In this document: piece after piece, positions 19,503-29,508 of the stretch
Position numbering within the stretch: position 1 is the stretch's first letter
Layout: each line of letters opens with the position of its first letter
NCBI GenBank assembly: GCA_964383665.1
Contig: CAYLHO010000003.1
Coordinates: 25,537-89,536 of the forward strand
Length of the DNA: 64,000 bases
Source of the DNA: an uncultured Lachnospiraceae bacterium
GTDB taxonomy: Bacteria; Bacillota; Clostridia; Christensenellales; UBA1242
Reading direction: 5' to 3'
Program-made: the position numbers and the translations under genes
The notes under the pieces: generated by a model
Seen by the model: only the letters and a program-made list of their open reading frames with translations
Told to the model about the DNA's origin: nothing
The model's database searches: none

Positions 19503-19646
19503 TTAATTTTTTGAGCTGTTTGAACTTTTTCCTGAGCAATTACGTGTTCCGCATGCATTTGTTTCTCTTGCAGCTTCAACGTTTGATCTGGAATTTTTCT
19601 TTGTGGAAGATTTTGAATTTTTTCCAACATTTTTCTTTCCGAACAT
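19503..19646 (-). CDS. 47-aa K/N/S-rich peptide, candidate small spore protein (absent from the ORF track)
   Basis: AAGGAGGTG RBS; MFGKKNVGKNSKSSTKKNSRSNVEAARETNACGTRNCSGKSSNSSKN; forespore-type -10 GGGTAAACTA at 19691-19700. Confidence 0.75.
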   Translation of the reverse strand: MFGKKNVGKNSKSSTKKNSRSNVEAARETNACGTRNCSGKSSNSSKN

Positions 19647-19718
19647 TTGCCCACCTCCTTTGCAAGTCAAAGCGACTGCTTTGCTAGAGTTAGTTTACCC
19701 TAAAAGGTGAATTTAATT

Positions 19719-20516
19719 CTAAAAATCGTTGTTTAATGTTCCAACTAAATCCTTAAGTTCAAACAAGAAATTAATGTAGGTGTTTTTAACTTTTGAGGAA
19801 AGAGTTATTCCATCAACTCCTTGATAATTTCTTAAATCTGTCAGCTCATTTTCCAAATCGGAAAATGTGTTTTTTATTGATTGATAATAAATGCCATCAA
19901 TTGAACTTGATCCCCTTGAAACCCCTTCAAAAGCTTTTTCCAAACTTCCTTTAATCTCAATTATTTGAATTTTTGCCTTGGTTTCATCAATTGCTTTTGT
20001 GTCCAATGAAACTGAAACATCATATAACTTAACAAAGGAATTTTTAATTTCCGAAAGCGCTGAAAGAAATTGTTTCGACTGGGAATCGGAACTCACTTTT
20101 GAAAAGTCCGGTTCAGAAATTTCAATTTCAACAATTGAGCACGTTGTGTAAGTTTTGAGCAAGTTTTCTTTAACAAGTTTCGCATCATTTTCTCTTTCAT
20201 AAGCCGATGCCAAAACATGATAAACGCCATCTTTCCCATAAACATATCCTGCGCCTCCCCTTTGCATAACGTCTTCAACAGTTGCTTCCGCCGCCGAAGA
20301 TGTTGCATAACTTCCAAGCGAAATTGCATAAACACTGAAATTTGAATATGTTGATATTGTTGCCCCGCTAACTGTTATTGCAGATGAAATGATGCTTGCA
20401 AGAAGAACGCAAACTGCAACGCAAGCAACCGAAACTATTAAAACAAAAACTTTTCCAATAACGCTTTTCATATTTTTGAACAAAAAACTGGCAGTAAGAA
20501 TTGAATTTTTTGTCAA
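19719..20516 (-). CDS. Membrane-anchored SPOR-like domain protein, probably sporulation related (alternative start 20471)
   Basis: TM helix, then YAISLGSY...AEA...GGAGYV...YHVLASAY; sigmaE-like TCATAAA-14-CATAAATT at 20539-20567. Confidence 0.65.
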   Translation of the reverse strand: MTKNSILTASFLFKNMKSVIGKVFVLIVSVACVAVCVLLASIISSAITVSGATISTYSNFSVYAISLGSYATSSAAEATVEDVMQRGGAGYVYGKDGVYHVLASAYERENDAKLVKENLLKTYTTCSIVEIEISEPDFSKVSSDSQSKQFLSALSEIKNSFVKLYDVSVSLDTKAIDETKAKIQIIEIKGSLEKAFEGVSRGSSSIDGIYYQSIKNTFSDLENELTDLRNYQGVDGITLSSKVKNTYINFLFELKDLVGTLNNDF

Positions 20517-20603
20517 CTCTGAACTATTCTTTTGTTGTAATTTATGAGAAAGTTGAATTTTTTATGAGATTTTCTTAAAAATTAACAGAATAAAGGAGAA
20601 AAA

Positions 20604-20900
20604 ATGAAAATTAAACCACTTTTTGACAGAATTGTTATTAAACAATTTGAAGCAAAAGAAAAAACCGAGAACGGACTTTACCTTCCTTCCTCAACCCAAG
20701 AAAAACCACAAATGGGAAAAGTTGTTTGCATTGGCGAAGGCGGAAAAATTGATGGGAACGACGTCATTTTCTATGTTAAAGAAGGCGACACAATTTTCTA
20801 TTCTAAATTTGCAGGAATGGAATACACATTTGGAAAAGAAACATACACAATAATTCGCCAAGGCGACATCTTGGCTGTTTTGGAGGACGAAAATGAGTAA
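20604..20900 (+). CDS. groES: Co-chaperonin GroES
   Basis: IKPLFDRIVI, GLYLP, EKPQ, DILAVL. Confidence 0.95.
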   Translation: MKIKPLFDRIVIKQFEAKEKTENGLYLPSSTQEKPQMGKVVCIGEGGKIDGNDVIFYVKEGDTIFYSKFAGMEYTFGKETYTIIRQGDILAVLEDENE

Positions 20901-22491
20901 GAAAGTTTTAAATTCAACAGCTGCAACATCTGCTTTGGAAGAAGGTGTTAACATTGTTGCAAATGCCGTTAAGGTTACGCTTGGTCCAAAAGGGAGAAAC
21001 GTTGTTCTTGATAAGCAATTTGCAACTCCTCTAATAACAAACGACGGTGTTACAATTGCAAAAGAAATTGAGGTTTCAAACCCTTTTGTTAATATGGGAG
21101 CAAAGCTCATTAAAGAAGCAAGCATCAAAACGAACGATGTCGCTGGAGATGGAACAACAACAGCAATTGTTCTTGCACAAGCAATTGTTAAAGAGGGATT
21201 AAAGAATTTTGCCGCTGGGGCAAATCCAATAATTTTGAGAAAAGGAATTTCAAAAGCCACAGAGCAAGTTGTTTCAAAACTCCAATCACTTTCAAAAAAA
21301 GTTTCATCTTATGAGGAAATTAAGCAAATTGCAACAATTTCTGCCGGTGATGAAGAAATTGGAACATTAATTGCCGATGCAATTCAAATTGTTGGACAAG
21401 ATGGTGTTATAACAGCTCAAGAATCCAACTCAATTAAAACCCAACTTGCGATTGCGCAAGGAATGCAATTTGAACGCGGCTATGTTTCGCCATATATGTC
21501 AACCGACATGGAAAAAATGGAAGCCGTTTTAGACAATCCTTTAATTTTGGTTACAGACCAAAAAATTTCAAATTTAAATCAAATTCTTCCAGTCCTTGAA
21601 AAGGTTGCAGGGGCAAACGAGAAGCTTCTCATCGTTGCCGAAGAAATTGAAGGGGAAGCACTTACGGCGCTTGTTTTAAACAAACTTCGCGGAACACTTT
21701 CCGTTGCAGCGGTTCGTGCGCCATCTTTTGGAGAAAACAGATTTGAATGTTTGAAAGACATTTGCTGTGTTGTTGGAGCAAAATACATTTCAAGCGACGC
21801 CGATGAACTTCTTGAAACAATTGAACTTTCCGACCTTGGGCGAGCACGAAAAGTTAGAATAACAAAAGATTTAACAACAATTATTGATGGAATGGGGAAA
21901 AGCGAAGACATTGAACAACGAACAAAGCAAATTAAAGCACAAATTTTGAAAGCCGATGGAACATATGATCAAGAAAAACTTAAAGATCGTCTTGCAAAAC
22001 TTTCTGGCGGTGTTGCGGTTATAAGCGTTGGCGCACCAACAGAAATTGAAATGTTTGAGAAAAAACTTAGAATTGAAGATGCTCTTTCTGCAACAAAAGC
22101 GGCTTTGGAACAAGGGATTGTTCCTGGCGGCGGTGTTGCACTTTTAAAGGCAAAAAAGCATGTTGAAAGACTTATAAAAAATCTTTCGGGTGATGAAAAA
22201 ACCGGAGCAAGCATTATTTTAAACTCGCTTGATGCTCCAATTAAACAAATTGCAAAAAATGCTGGGGTTTGCGGCGAAGTTATCATTGAAAAGATTGTTA
22301 GAAATCGAAATGTTAACTATGGATATGATTTCCTTACAAACAAATATGGCGACATGTTTAAGCTTGGAATTATCGACCCATGCAAGGTTTCTTGCTCCGC
22401 GCTTCAAAATGCAGCGAGTGTTGCATCAACGCTTTTAACAACTGAATGTTTAATTTCTGATGAAACACAATCTGTTTCAACAAATAATTAA
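20893..22491 (+). CDS. groEL: Chaperonin GroEL (divergent, no GGM tail)
   Basis: VTLGPKGRNVV, TNDGVTIAKEI, AGDGTTTA, GIVPGGG. Confidence 0.95.
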   Translation: MSKKVLNSTAATSALEEGVNIVANAVKVTLGPKGRNVVLDKQFATPLITNDGVTIAKEIEVSNPFVNMGAKLIKEASIKTNDVAGDGTTTAIVLAQAIVKEGLKNFAAGANPIILRKGISKATEQVVSKLQSLSKKVSSYEEIKQIATISAGDEEIGTLIADAIQIVGQDGVITAQESNSIKTQLAIAQGMQFERGYVSPYMSTDMEKMEAVLDNPLILVTDQKISNLNQILPVLEKVAGANEKLLIVAEEIEGEALTALVLNKLRGTLSVAAVRAPSFGENRFECLKDICCVVGAKYISSDADELLETIELSDLGRARKVRITKDLTTIIDGMGKSEDIEQRTKQIKAQILKADGTYDQEKLKDRLAKLSGGVAVISVGAPTEIEMFEKKLRIEDALSATKAALEQGIVPGGGVALLKAKKHVERLIKNLSGDEKTGASIILNSLDAPIKQIAKNAGVCGEVIIEKIVRNRNVNYGYDFLTNKYGDMFKLGIIDPCKVSCSALQNAASVASTLLTTECLISDETQSVSTNN

Positions 22492-22519
22492 AAAAAGAGC
22501 GATTTTTCGCTCTTTTTTT
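22489..22519. terminator. Bidirectional terminator
   Basis: AAAAAAGAGCGA / TCGCTCTTTTTT. Confidence 0.7.
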
Positions 22520-25500
22520 ATATTTTCCCTTTGGATTTTTTAACTCCAACAACAATTCCTGTTATTATTCCCCCAACTCCAACAGCACAGCCAAGCGCAA
22601 TTAAGAAATATGTTAACGCAACATTTTTGTTTGTTGTTGTAACAAAAGTTCCAAGTTTTGTTGTTTCAAATGAAATGTTTTGAATTGTTTCCTCATAAGT
22701 CATTTTTTCTGTTGTTCTGTCTTCATTTAGAAGATGAATTTCAAAATCACTGTATGGGAATTCATCTGAAACAATTGTAACTTTAACTTTCCCAATTTCG
22801 GTTAGCAATTCATTTTGTTGGTTGAAAAGAGAAATTCTTATGCCCGCCTCGGTGTTTTTGTTGTTTGCAATGCTTCCAATTTCTTCGGCAAGCAAAAACT
22901 CAACTTGAAGATATGTTCCATAAACGAGCGACGTGTTCCCTTCGTCAACTGTTATTTTAACTCCATCTTTAGAAATTGATCTGTATGTTATTTTTGCCGT
23001 TACTGGGCTTACGATTTCATAATCGTAGTTTCCCTTGTCTTCTCCTAATAATTTAAGTGAAGTGATTTTAATTTGTTTATTGTTCCCAACATCTGCCGTT
23101 TCGAAATTTGCAGTGTAGGAAATGTCAACATCGTCGCCAGTAACTTTGTTATCAATAACATATGACGTTTCAACAATTAAATTTCCGTTATAAACTTTAT
23201 CCTTTGCAGAAATAGTTATGTTGAGCATGCGCTTTTTAATTTCAAGAGTTGTTTCACTCATTAAAATTTTGTAGTTCGGATTTTCAAGTTGGCAAATTAA
23301 GTTGTAAGTTCCAACTTGTTCGCCTTGTTCTCTTGTTATCGAGCCCGAGATAACATCGCCGTTAACAACCGCTCCTTCTTCAAACGAATATTCAAATTCT
23401 GGGTCCTCGTTTCCATAAGTTTTTTCAAAGTTTGAAATTTGAACTGTAATTTGCTTTGGGTTAATCTTCAGAGTTCCAAATTCACAATTTATTATGTAAT
23501 TATCCGTCGATTGAGTGTTGTCAACAATTTTGTATGTTCCAACGCCACTAATTTCTTCCTCGAATTTAAGAGCAACTGTTATTTCATTGTTGAAAATTAT
23601 TCCTTCAATTTTTTTGCAGGTTAATTCACTTTCGCTTGGAATTCGGTCGCCATAAGTTAATTCCAAATCGTTTGGCGTTATTTTGATAACTCTTGGGAAA
23701 ATTTTGAAATAATTATTGTTAACTTCAACATCATAAAATTCATCAACTGCGTTTGAGTAGGTTGCAGATATTAAATAAGTTCCGCAATCCTTTTCTGGAT
23801 TACATGAAAGGACAACTCCAAAATAATCGCTGTTGTGCCCATTTTTAATCTGACTTACAATTGGGTCGAAATTATATTTAAATTCCTCATGTGTTGTTGT
23901 TGAATCGTATGATTTTTTTAAACCTTCAACATTAATAACAAGTTTGCGCTTTGAAACTTTTAAAGTTGCAGAAGTGAAATCAATTTCATAATTACTGTTT
24001 GACAGAGTTCCTTTTTGAATTTGAAATTCTCCAACACCAGTTGGGTTAACAAAAAGTTCTCCTGAAAGCGAATCTCCTTGCAAAAGGTTTACAACATTGT
24101 AAGTTAACTCATATGGATCGGAAACCTCATCAAGGAACATTGAAATTGGGTTTGCAACAACGTATGCTATTCTTTTCGTTATGCTAAAGTTGCCTTCACT
24201 AAAAGTTAATTCATAGTTGCCATTTGCTTTAAGCGTGTTTTGTAAAATCGAATATGAACCAACATTTTCGCCAGCAACACGTTTAATTTTCCCAGAAAGA
24301 ATTGAGTTTAAAGTGTCGGTGAATTTAAGTCTGCCCGATTCGATGAAAATTGTTAACTCCGGATCGGATTCGCCATATACCTTGCTAACATCATTTGCCG
24401 CAATTGTTATTGGCGCTTTTGTTATTGTTAAATATGCTTTGCTTGCTGTAAGGTTATAGTTTGTTGAGCTGATTACTGCTTTAATTTCATATTTCCCAAC
24501 ATTTTCTTGGTTGGTTGAAACAATTTGCAAATCTCCATCAAACCCAAGCGATCCCGAAATAATTGTGTAAGTAAACTCTGGATTTGCTTCGCCGTATTCT
24601 TTTGTTTTGTTATGAATTTCAATTTCAATTTCGCGAGGGACAATTTCCAAACAGCCATTATTTATGAAAAGCTCATAGTTTTTATATTGAGTTGAAATGA
24701 TTTTAAGGCTTCCAAGCCCATAACCATATTTCCCAACATCTTCGCCCTCTTCCCTGCTTAACTTTCCGTTGTTAAGAATATCAGAAAGTTCAACACCTTC
24801 TGGAAGCGTTATCCCTGGCGCAAGAGAGAACGTGAACTCTGGGTCTTCATCGCCATAAACTTTTGTTGTGTTATCTGGGCTTAAAACAATGTGACGACGG
24901 ATAATTTCAAAATAGTAACCTTCCTCTTTGAAAGAGATTTCAAAAAATTGATTATTGTCGTCATTAATTAAAGTTCCAAGCAAAAGAGGATAAATTCCAA
25001 CTTCATTGTTGTTAACCGAGTAGCCATCGGCATCAACTCCAGTTAATCCCCTTTCAAGTTCGCCTGTTAAAACAATTCCTTCAAATCCATTTTCAATTGT
25101 GAATGGAAGCGGATTTGGATCTGGGTCGCCCCATTCCTTTGTTATCTTGCCACGCTCAACAACAATATAGATTTTTCTTATATTAATTTTAGCAGAATAG
25201 TTAACATCGAACGAAATATTATAGCAACTGATGTTTTCTCCCAGCACAAGGTCACTTGTGAACTCGGTTATTAACGAACCATTGTTGTAATATGAAATTC
25301 CCCATTCTCTAACCGTTGTTCCTTGGAATTTCGCAGTTATGTTAAGACTAATGTTGTCCGGGTTGTTTGCCTGTAAATTCTCAATTTCATAAACCGCCTC
25401 GGCAAAATCTGTTGAATCATATTCTTTTTCTTTTGTGTAAACAGAAATTAAAATGTCGCGTACTAAAATTTCAAAACCTTCTTGTTCAAAATTAACGATA

Positions 25501-27890
25501 GCATAATTTTTGCTGTTAAAGCTGTCAACTGAAATATCGTAATTTCCAACAATTTCGCCAGCTTTTCTTTTAAGTTTAAGATTTAATCCTTCCTCAACTT
25601 CTGTTCCAGCAGTTAATTCGTATGTAAGCGAAGGGTCAGCATCGCCATAGATTTTTGAGGCATAAAGTGCTTTAACTTCAACTTCTCTTTTGTTTATTGT
25701 TAGCGTTCCTGGAACAAATTCCAATTCATAGTTTGCCCCAGCCGACAGTGAGCCTTGTTGAATTTGATACTCTCCAACATCTTTTCCTTCTGTTCTTTCA
25801 AGACGTCCAACAAATGCATCTGTTCCGTAAAGTTTTCCTTCAGTGATCGAATAAGTAAATGTTGGATCGGTATCGCCAAACTGTTTTTGTTTATCGTCTG
25901 CTTTAACGGTTATTGGTGCTTTTGTTATTGTTCCAAAAACAACCGATGGAACGCTTTCAAGTTCGAAATCGGCCTTATCTGTTCCAATAAGTTCAACAGA
26001 GAAATCAACCGCTTTGTTTGTTCCAACATTTGCGCTCCCCGTAAAACTTGCAGTTATTCGAAGCCCAACATCTTTACTATATTTAATTTCGGTTTCCCAG
26101 TTAGCATCTCGATATGTGTTCCCATCTTTAAGTTGGAATTTTAAGTTAGCAAGAGGCACGGAAGAGATTGTTTTTTCTCCGTCATAAACTTTTTCAATTT
26201 TGACGCTTGAAATTTTGAAGATCGTTTTTGTTATTTCATACACATTCGAAACAAAGGTTATGTTGTAATTTGGATTTTGCTCAACAAGAGTTCCAACAAT
26301 AATTCTATATTCCCCAACTGATGTTCCACTTTCTTTCGCAAGTTTCCCATTAAGCGTTTCGCCTTGAACAAGTCCTTCCGATTTAAATTCGATATCTTTT
26401 TCCGCAAGACCAATTCCTTGGGTTGTGTAGTTAGCAGAAACTGTTACGTCGCGTTTAATAATTTTTCCCGTAACAGGAATTGCTGGAATGCTATATTCTT
26501 TAAGGACATATTCCTCTGCACTTTTGCTTGTTAATGCAATTTGTCCGAAAACGTTAAGGGTTGTTGTTCCTGCGTTGGCATTTGTGAATTGTGCATAAAT
26601 TCCACTTTCTTCATTAAGCCCCTGAATTTCAACTGTGCCTTTTGTTGTTTCAGTAAAAACAATTTCCTTAATAACGGCGTTTGTTGTTCCGTCATATGCT
26701 TTTGATTCAACAACAATTTCCTTAACCGAAATTTCTTTTTTAAGTGCGATGTTGATAATGCTTTTTGCTTCAACGCCTGTTAAAGTTATTGTTTTTGTTG
26801 AGGCATCATAGTTTGATGTGTCAACTGGAACATACCCATCGTTAAGAGCAATTGAAACATTATAATTTGTTCCATCATTTGTTACGGAATAAGATTTAAT
26901 TCCGCTTTCAAAATTTGAAGAGATGCTAACTCCATTGTTTGCTCCGTTAATTTTGAAAGTTATTGGAGTTGAATAGATATATTCATTTGAATCTGACGAT
27001 TTTTTGCAACGTGCACGAACTGTTATATCCGCCGTTGCATTTGAGTTAACTTTTAAATAACCATTTGCAAGAGCATCTTTGTCGATTGAATTTTTGCCTT
27101 TTGTTGCTTCCCATTCAATTTTAAAAATGTCTTTAAAATAATTTATTGTTTCGCCGCCTGCAAGTTCCAATATTGCGTTTGTTGCATTAAGATAGATTTG
27201 CTGACCGCGATAGACTTCACCGCCAGTAACACTTGTTTGAATTGAATCAATTTCAACAATATAGTTAAGGCACGGATCAAAAACCATAAACCCTTTTGAA
27301 TTATCTTGCCCATAACCTTTTTGCGATTCAAAATTAAATTGAATTGTTGAATTGCTTTGGAGAAGTGTTTTTTCTGTTTCAAGCCATAATGGGGAATATG
27401 CACCCGAAGAAAAGACTCTGTTTCCCGTTACAGTTTTTGTTTCGGTTGTTGTTCCAGTTGTTATTAAAGAAAAAGTTACTTTATCGCGATCGTCTGTTGA
27501 AAGAGCAAGATGCCCCGCACTTCCAGTTACATAAAGTTTTGCAGCCGTTGCAAGTTTTTGATAGTCCTCGGTAAGAGAAAAGATTTCACTTTTAACAATT
27601 GATTTTTTATCTGAAAATTTATCGGTTATCTTGTTTGTTATAACATAATTGTTAACTTGTTTCCCCGTGTTATCACGATAAGCATAATGGCTTGAGGTTA
27701 ATCCAGCTTGAACAAACGAACTGAAATATGAATTTTTCCCATCACGAACTTTTGTTATTAAATGGCTTACGGAAGGGTTAATTTCATCTCCACCGCTAAT
27801 TTGCGCAGAAACATTTTGCACTCCCATAAACGAAAAACAAAGGGAAAGCAACAAAACAAAAAACAAACTTCCAAAAACAATTTTTTTCAT
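22518..27890 (-). CDS. Giant surface protein with MBG-type and YDG repeats and a C-terminal TM anchor
   Basis: Signal peptide at MKKIVFG; many repeats of KxYGDxDPxFTY...GExVGxYxI..GxL...NY; KxYDG repeats; TM helix and basic tail. Confidence 0.85.
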   Translation of the reverse strand: MKKIVFGSLFFVLLLSLCFSFMGVQNVSAQISGGDEINPSVSHLITKVRDGKNSYFSSFVQAGLTSSHYAYRDNTGKQVNNYVITNKITDKFSDKKSIVKSEIFSLTEDYQKLATAAKLYVTGSAGHLALSTDDRDKVTFSLITTGTTTETKTVTGNRVFSSGAYSPLWLETEKTLLQSNSTIQFNFESQKGYGQDNSKGFMVFDPCLNYIVEIDSIQTSVTGGEVYRGQQIYLNATNAILELAGGETINYFKDIFKIEWEATKGKNSIDKDALANGYLKVNSNATADITVRARCKKSSDSNEYIYSTPITFKINGANNGVSISSNFESGIKSYSVTNDGTNYNVSIALNDGYVPVDTSNYDASTKTITLTGVEAKSIINIALKKEISVKEIVVESKAYDGTTNAVIKEIVFTETTKGTVEIQGLNEESGIYAQFTNANAGTTTLNVFGQIALTSKSAEEYVLKEYSIPAIPVTGKIIKRDVTVSANYTTQGIGLAEKDIEFKSEGLVQGETLNGKLAKESGTSVGEYRIIVGTLVEQNPNYNITFVSNVYEITKTIFKISSVKIEKVYDGEKTISSVPLANLKFQLKDGNTYRDANWETEIKYSKDVGLRITASFTGSANVGTNKAVDFSVELIGTDKADFELESVPSVVFGTITKAPITVKADDKQKQFGDTDPTFTYSITEGKLYGTDAFVGRLERTEGKDVGEYQIQQGSLSAGANYELEFVPGTLTINKREVEVKALYASKIYGDADPSLTYELTAGTEVEEGLNLKLKRKAGEIVGNYDISVDSFNSKNYAIVNFEQEGFEILVRDILISVYTKEKEYDSTDFAEAVYEIENLQANNPDNISLNITAKFQGTTVREWGISYYNNGSLITEFTSDLVLGENISCYNISFDVNYSAKINIRKIYIVVERGKITKEWGDPDPNPLPFTIENGFEGIVLTGELERGLTGVDADGYSVNNNEVGIYPLLLGTLINDDNNQFFEISFKEEGYYFEIIRRHIVLSPDNTTKVYGDEDPEFTFSLAPGITLPEGVELSDILNNGKLSREEGEDVGKYGYGLGSLKIISTQYKNYELFINNGCLEIVPREIEIEIHNKTKEYGEANPEFTYTIISGSLGFDGDLQIVSTNQENVGKYEIKAVISSTNYNLTASKAYLTITKAPITIAANDVSKVYGESDPELTIFIESGRLKFTDTLNSILSGKIKRVAGENVGSYSILQNTLKANGNYELTFSEGNFSITKRIAYVVANPISMFLDEVSDPYELTYNVVNLLQGDSLSGELFVNPTGVGEFQIQKGTLSNSNYEIDFTSATLKVSKRKLVINVEGLKKSYDSTTTHEEFKYNFDPIVSQIKNGHNSDYFGVVLSCNPEKDCGTYLISATYSNAVDEFYDVEVNNNYFKIFPRVIKITPNDLELTYGDRIPSESELTCKKIEGIIFNNEITVALKFEEEISGVGTYKIVDNTQSTDNYIINCEFGTLKINPKQITVQISNFEKTYGNEDPEFEYSFEEGAVVNGDVISGSITREQGEQVGTYNLICQLENPNYKILMSETTLEIKKRMLNITISAKDKVYNGNLIVETSYVIDNKVTGDDVDISYTANFETADVGNNKQIKITSLKLLGEDKGNYDYEIVSPVTAKITYRSISKDGVKITVDEGNTSLVYGTYLQVEFLLAEEIGSIANNKNTEAGIRISLFNQQNELLTEIGKVKVTIVSDEFPYSDFEIHLLNEDRTTEKMTYEETIQNISFETTKLGTFVTTTNKNVALTYFLIALGCAVGVGGIITGIVVGVKKSKGKI

Positions 27891-27998
27891 CTTACAATTA
27901 ATATAACACAAAATATATTTTTCTCCAATTTTATTTAGTATTTGCAAAAAAAATATTTAATGTGATATAATAACGATAAGTTATAAGATAAAATATAT

Positions 27999-29456
27999 AT
28001 GTCGGTTGTTGGAATAATTATTTTAATAGTTTTGTGTGTTAACTTTCTTTGCGTGTTAACAATGATTTTTGTTGAACGAAAAAAGCCAATGACAATTGTT
28101 GCATGGTCGATGGTTTTAACCTTTCTTCCAATTATTGGATTTATAATTTATTGTTTTGTTGGAAGCGGTTTAAGCTATCGAACAAAAAAAATGTTTAAGA
28201 AGAGACGTCTTGTTGCAAAGGAATATGAAGAATTTATTCACGAACAAAAACATCTTTTTTCGTCGCGTAAAATTCCAGAGAGCGAGAAGGAATGTTTAGA
28301 TCTTCTCCTTTTCAATCTTAACAATTCAAATTGTTCATATTTCAAAAATAACGATGTTAGAGTTTTTCTTTCTGGTGAAGACAAAATTGCGGCATTAAAA
28401 AAAGACCTTGAACGCGCAAAGCATTCAATTAACATGTTATATTACATCTTTGCGGACGATGAAGCCGGAAAAGAAATTATGGAAATTTTAATTCGAAAAG
28501 CAAAGGAAGGTGTTAAAGTTAAGTTGCTTTACGATTCTTTTGGCAGCCACAGAACAAAACCATCTTTTTTCAAAAAACTTGTTAAAGCAGGCGGCGAAAT
28601 TGCAGAATTTTTCCCATTCTTTCTTGGGATTCGACTTTTCAGTTTAAAGGCAAACTATCGCAATCATAAAAAGATTGTTGTTATCGACGGGAAAATTGCT
28701 TACATGGGCGGAATTAACATTCGCGATGACCACATGGGGCGAAAACAAAAACTTAGCCCATGGCGCGACACGCACATTCGAATTGTTGGAAGCGCGGCAT
28801 ACAATCTTCAAATTGCGTTCTTTAACGACTGGAGATATTGCAAAAACGACAACTCAAGCATGAATAAACTTTTGGAAGATGGTTTCTTCCCAAGGCTTGG
28901 AAGTTATGGAAATGTTGGCTGCCAAATTTTAACAAGCGGGCCAGATCTTCCAAACCAGCCAATTAAAGAATCCATAACTAAAATGATTTTAAGCGCGAAA
29001 GATTCAATCTTAATTCAAACGCCATATTTTATTCCAGATGAGGCAATGTTAAGTGCGCTTAAGATTGCTAAACTTAGCGGAGTGTCGGTTAAAATTATGC
29101 TTCCACTCAAGCCAGACAAGAAATTTGTTTACGCTGCAAGTTTATCCTATGTTAAGGACCTTCTTCCAAGCGGAATTGAATTCTATCTTTATAACGGGTT
29201 CTTACATGCAAAAACGATAATCATCGACAACAAAGTTGTTTCAATTGGCTCTTGCAATTTCGACAACCGCTCTTTTGGACTTAACTTTGAGGTTATGGCT
29301 TTCCTTTATGGAAAAGAATTTGTTGAACAAAACATTGCATATTTTAAAAACGATGAAACAAACTGTGTTAAGGTTGAAAAGAATTTCTTTAAACGAAAAA
29401 TTTGGTTTAACAAATTCACTCAAGCATTCGTAAGACTTTTTGCCCCATTGCTTTAA
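27999..29456 (+). CDS. cls: Cardiolipin synthase
   Basis: Two N-terminal TMs, two HKD motifs (NHKKIVVIDG, LHAKTIIIDN), WRDTH. Confidence 0.93.
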   Translation: MSVVGIIILIVLCVNFLCVLTMIFVERKKPMTIVAWSMVLTFLPIIGFIIYCFVGSGLSYRTKKMFKKRRLVAKEYEEFIHEQKHLFSSRKIPESEKECLDLLLFNLNNSNCSYFKNNDVRVFLSGEDKIAALKKDLERAKHSINMLYYIFADDEAGKEIMEILIRKAKEGVKVKLLYDSFGSHRTKPSFFKKLVKAGGEIAEFFPFFLGIRLFSLKANYRNHKKIVVIDGKIAYMGGINIRDDHMGRKQKLSPWRDTHIRIVGSAAYNLQIAFFNDWRYCKNDNSSMNKLLEDGFFPRLGSYGNVGCQILTSGPDLPNQPIKESITKMILSAKDSILIQTPYFIPDEAMLSALKIAKLSGVSVKIMLPLKPDKKFVYAASLSYVKDLLPSGIEFYLYNGFLHAKTIIIDNKVVSIGSCNFDNRSFGLNFEVMAFLYGKEFVEQNIAYFKNDETNCVKVEKNFFKRKIWFNKFTQAFVRLFAPLL

Positions 29457-29508
29457 TTTGTTTAGAAAAATTTAATATATTTGTTATACTATGAAAAAGG
29501 AGAATGAT

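Noticed and set aside
23100-26720. Periodic repeats as a possible CRISPR array or DNA repeat array
   Set aside because: Repeats are protein-level MBG/YDG domains with divergent DNA; the same applies to the LRR gene
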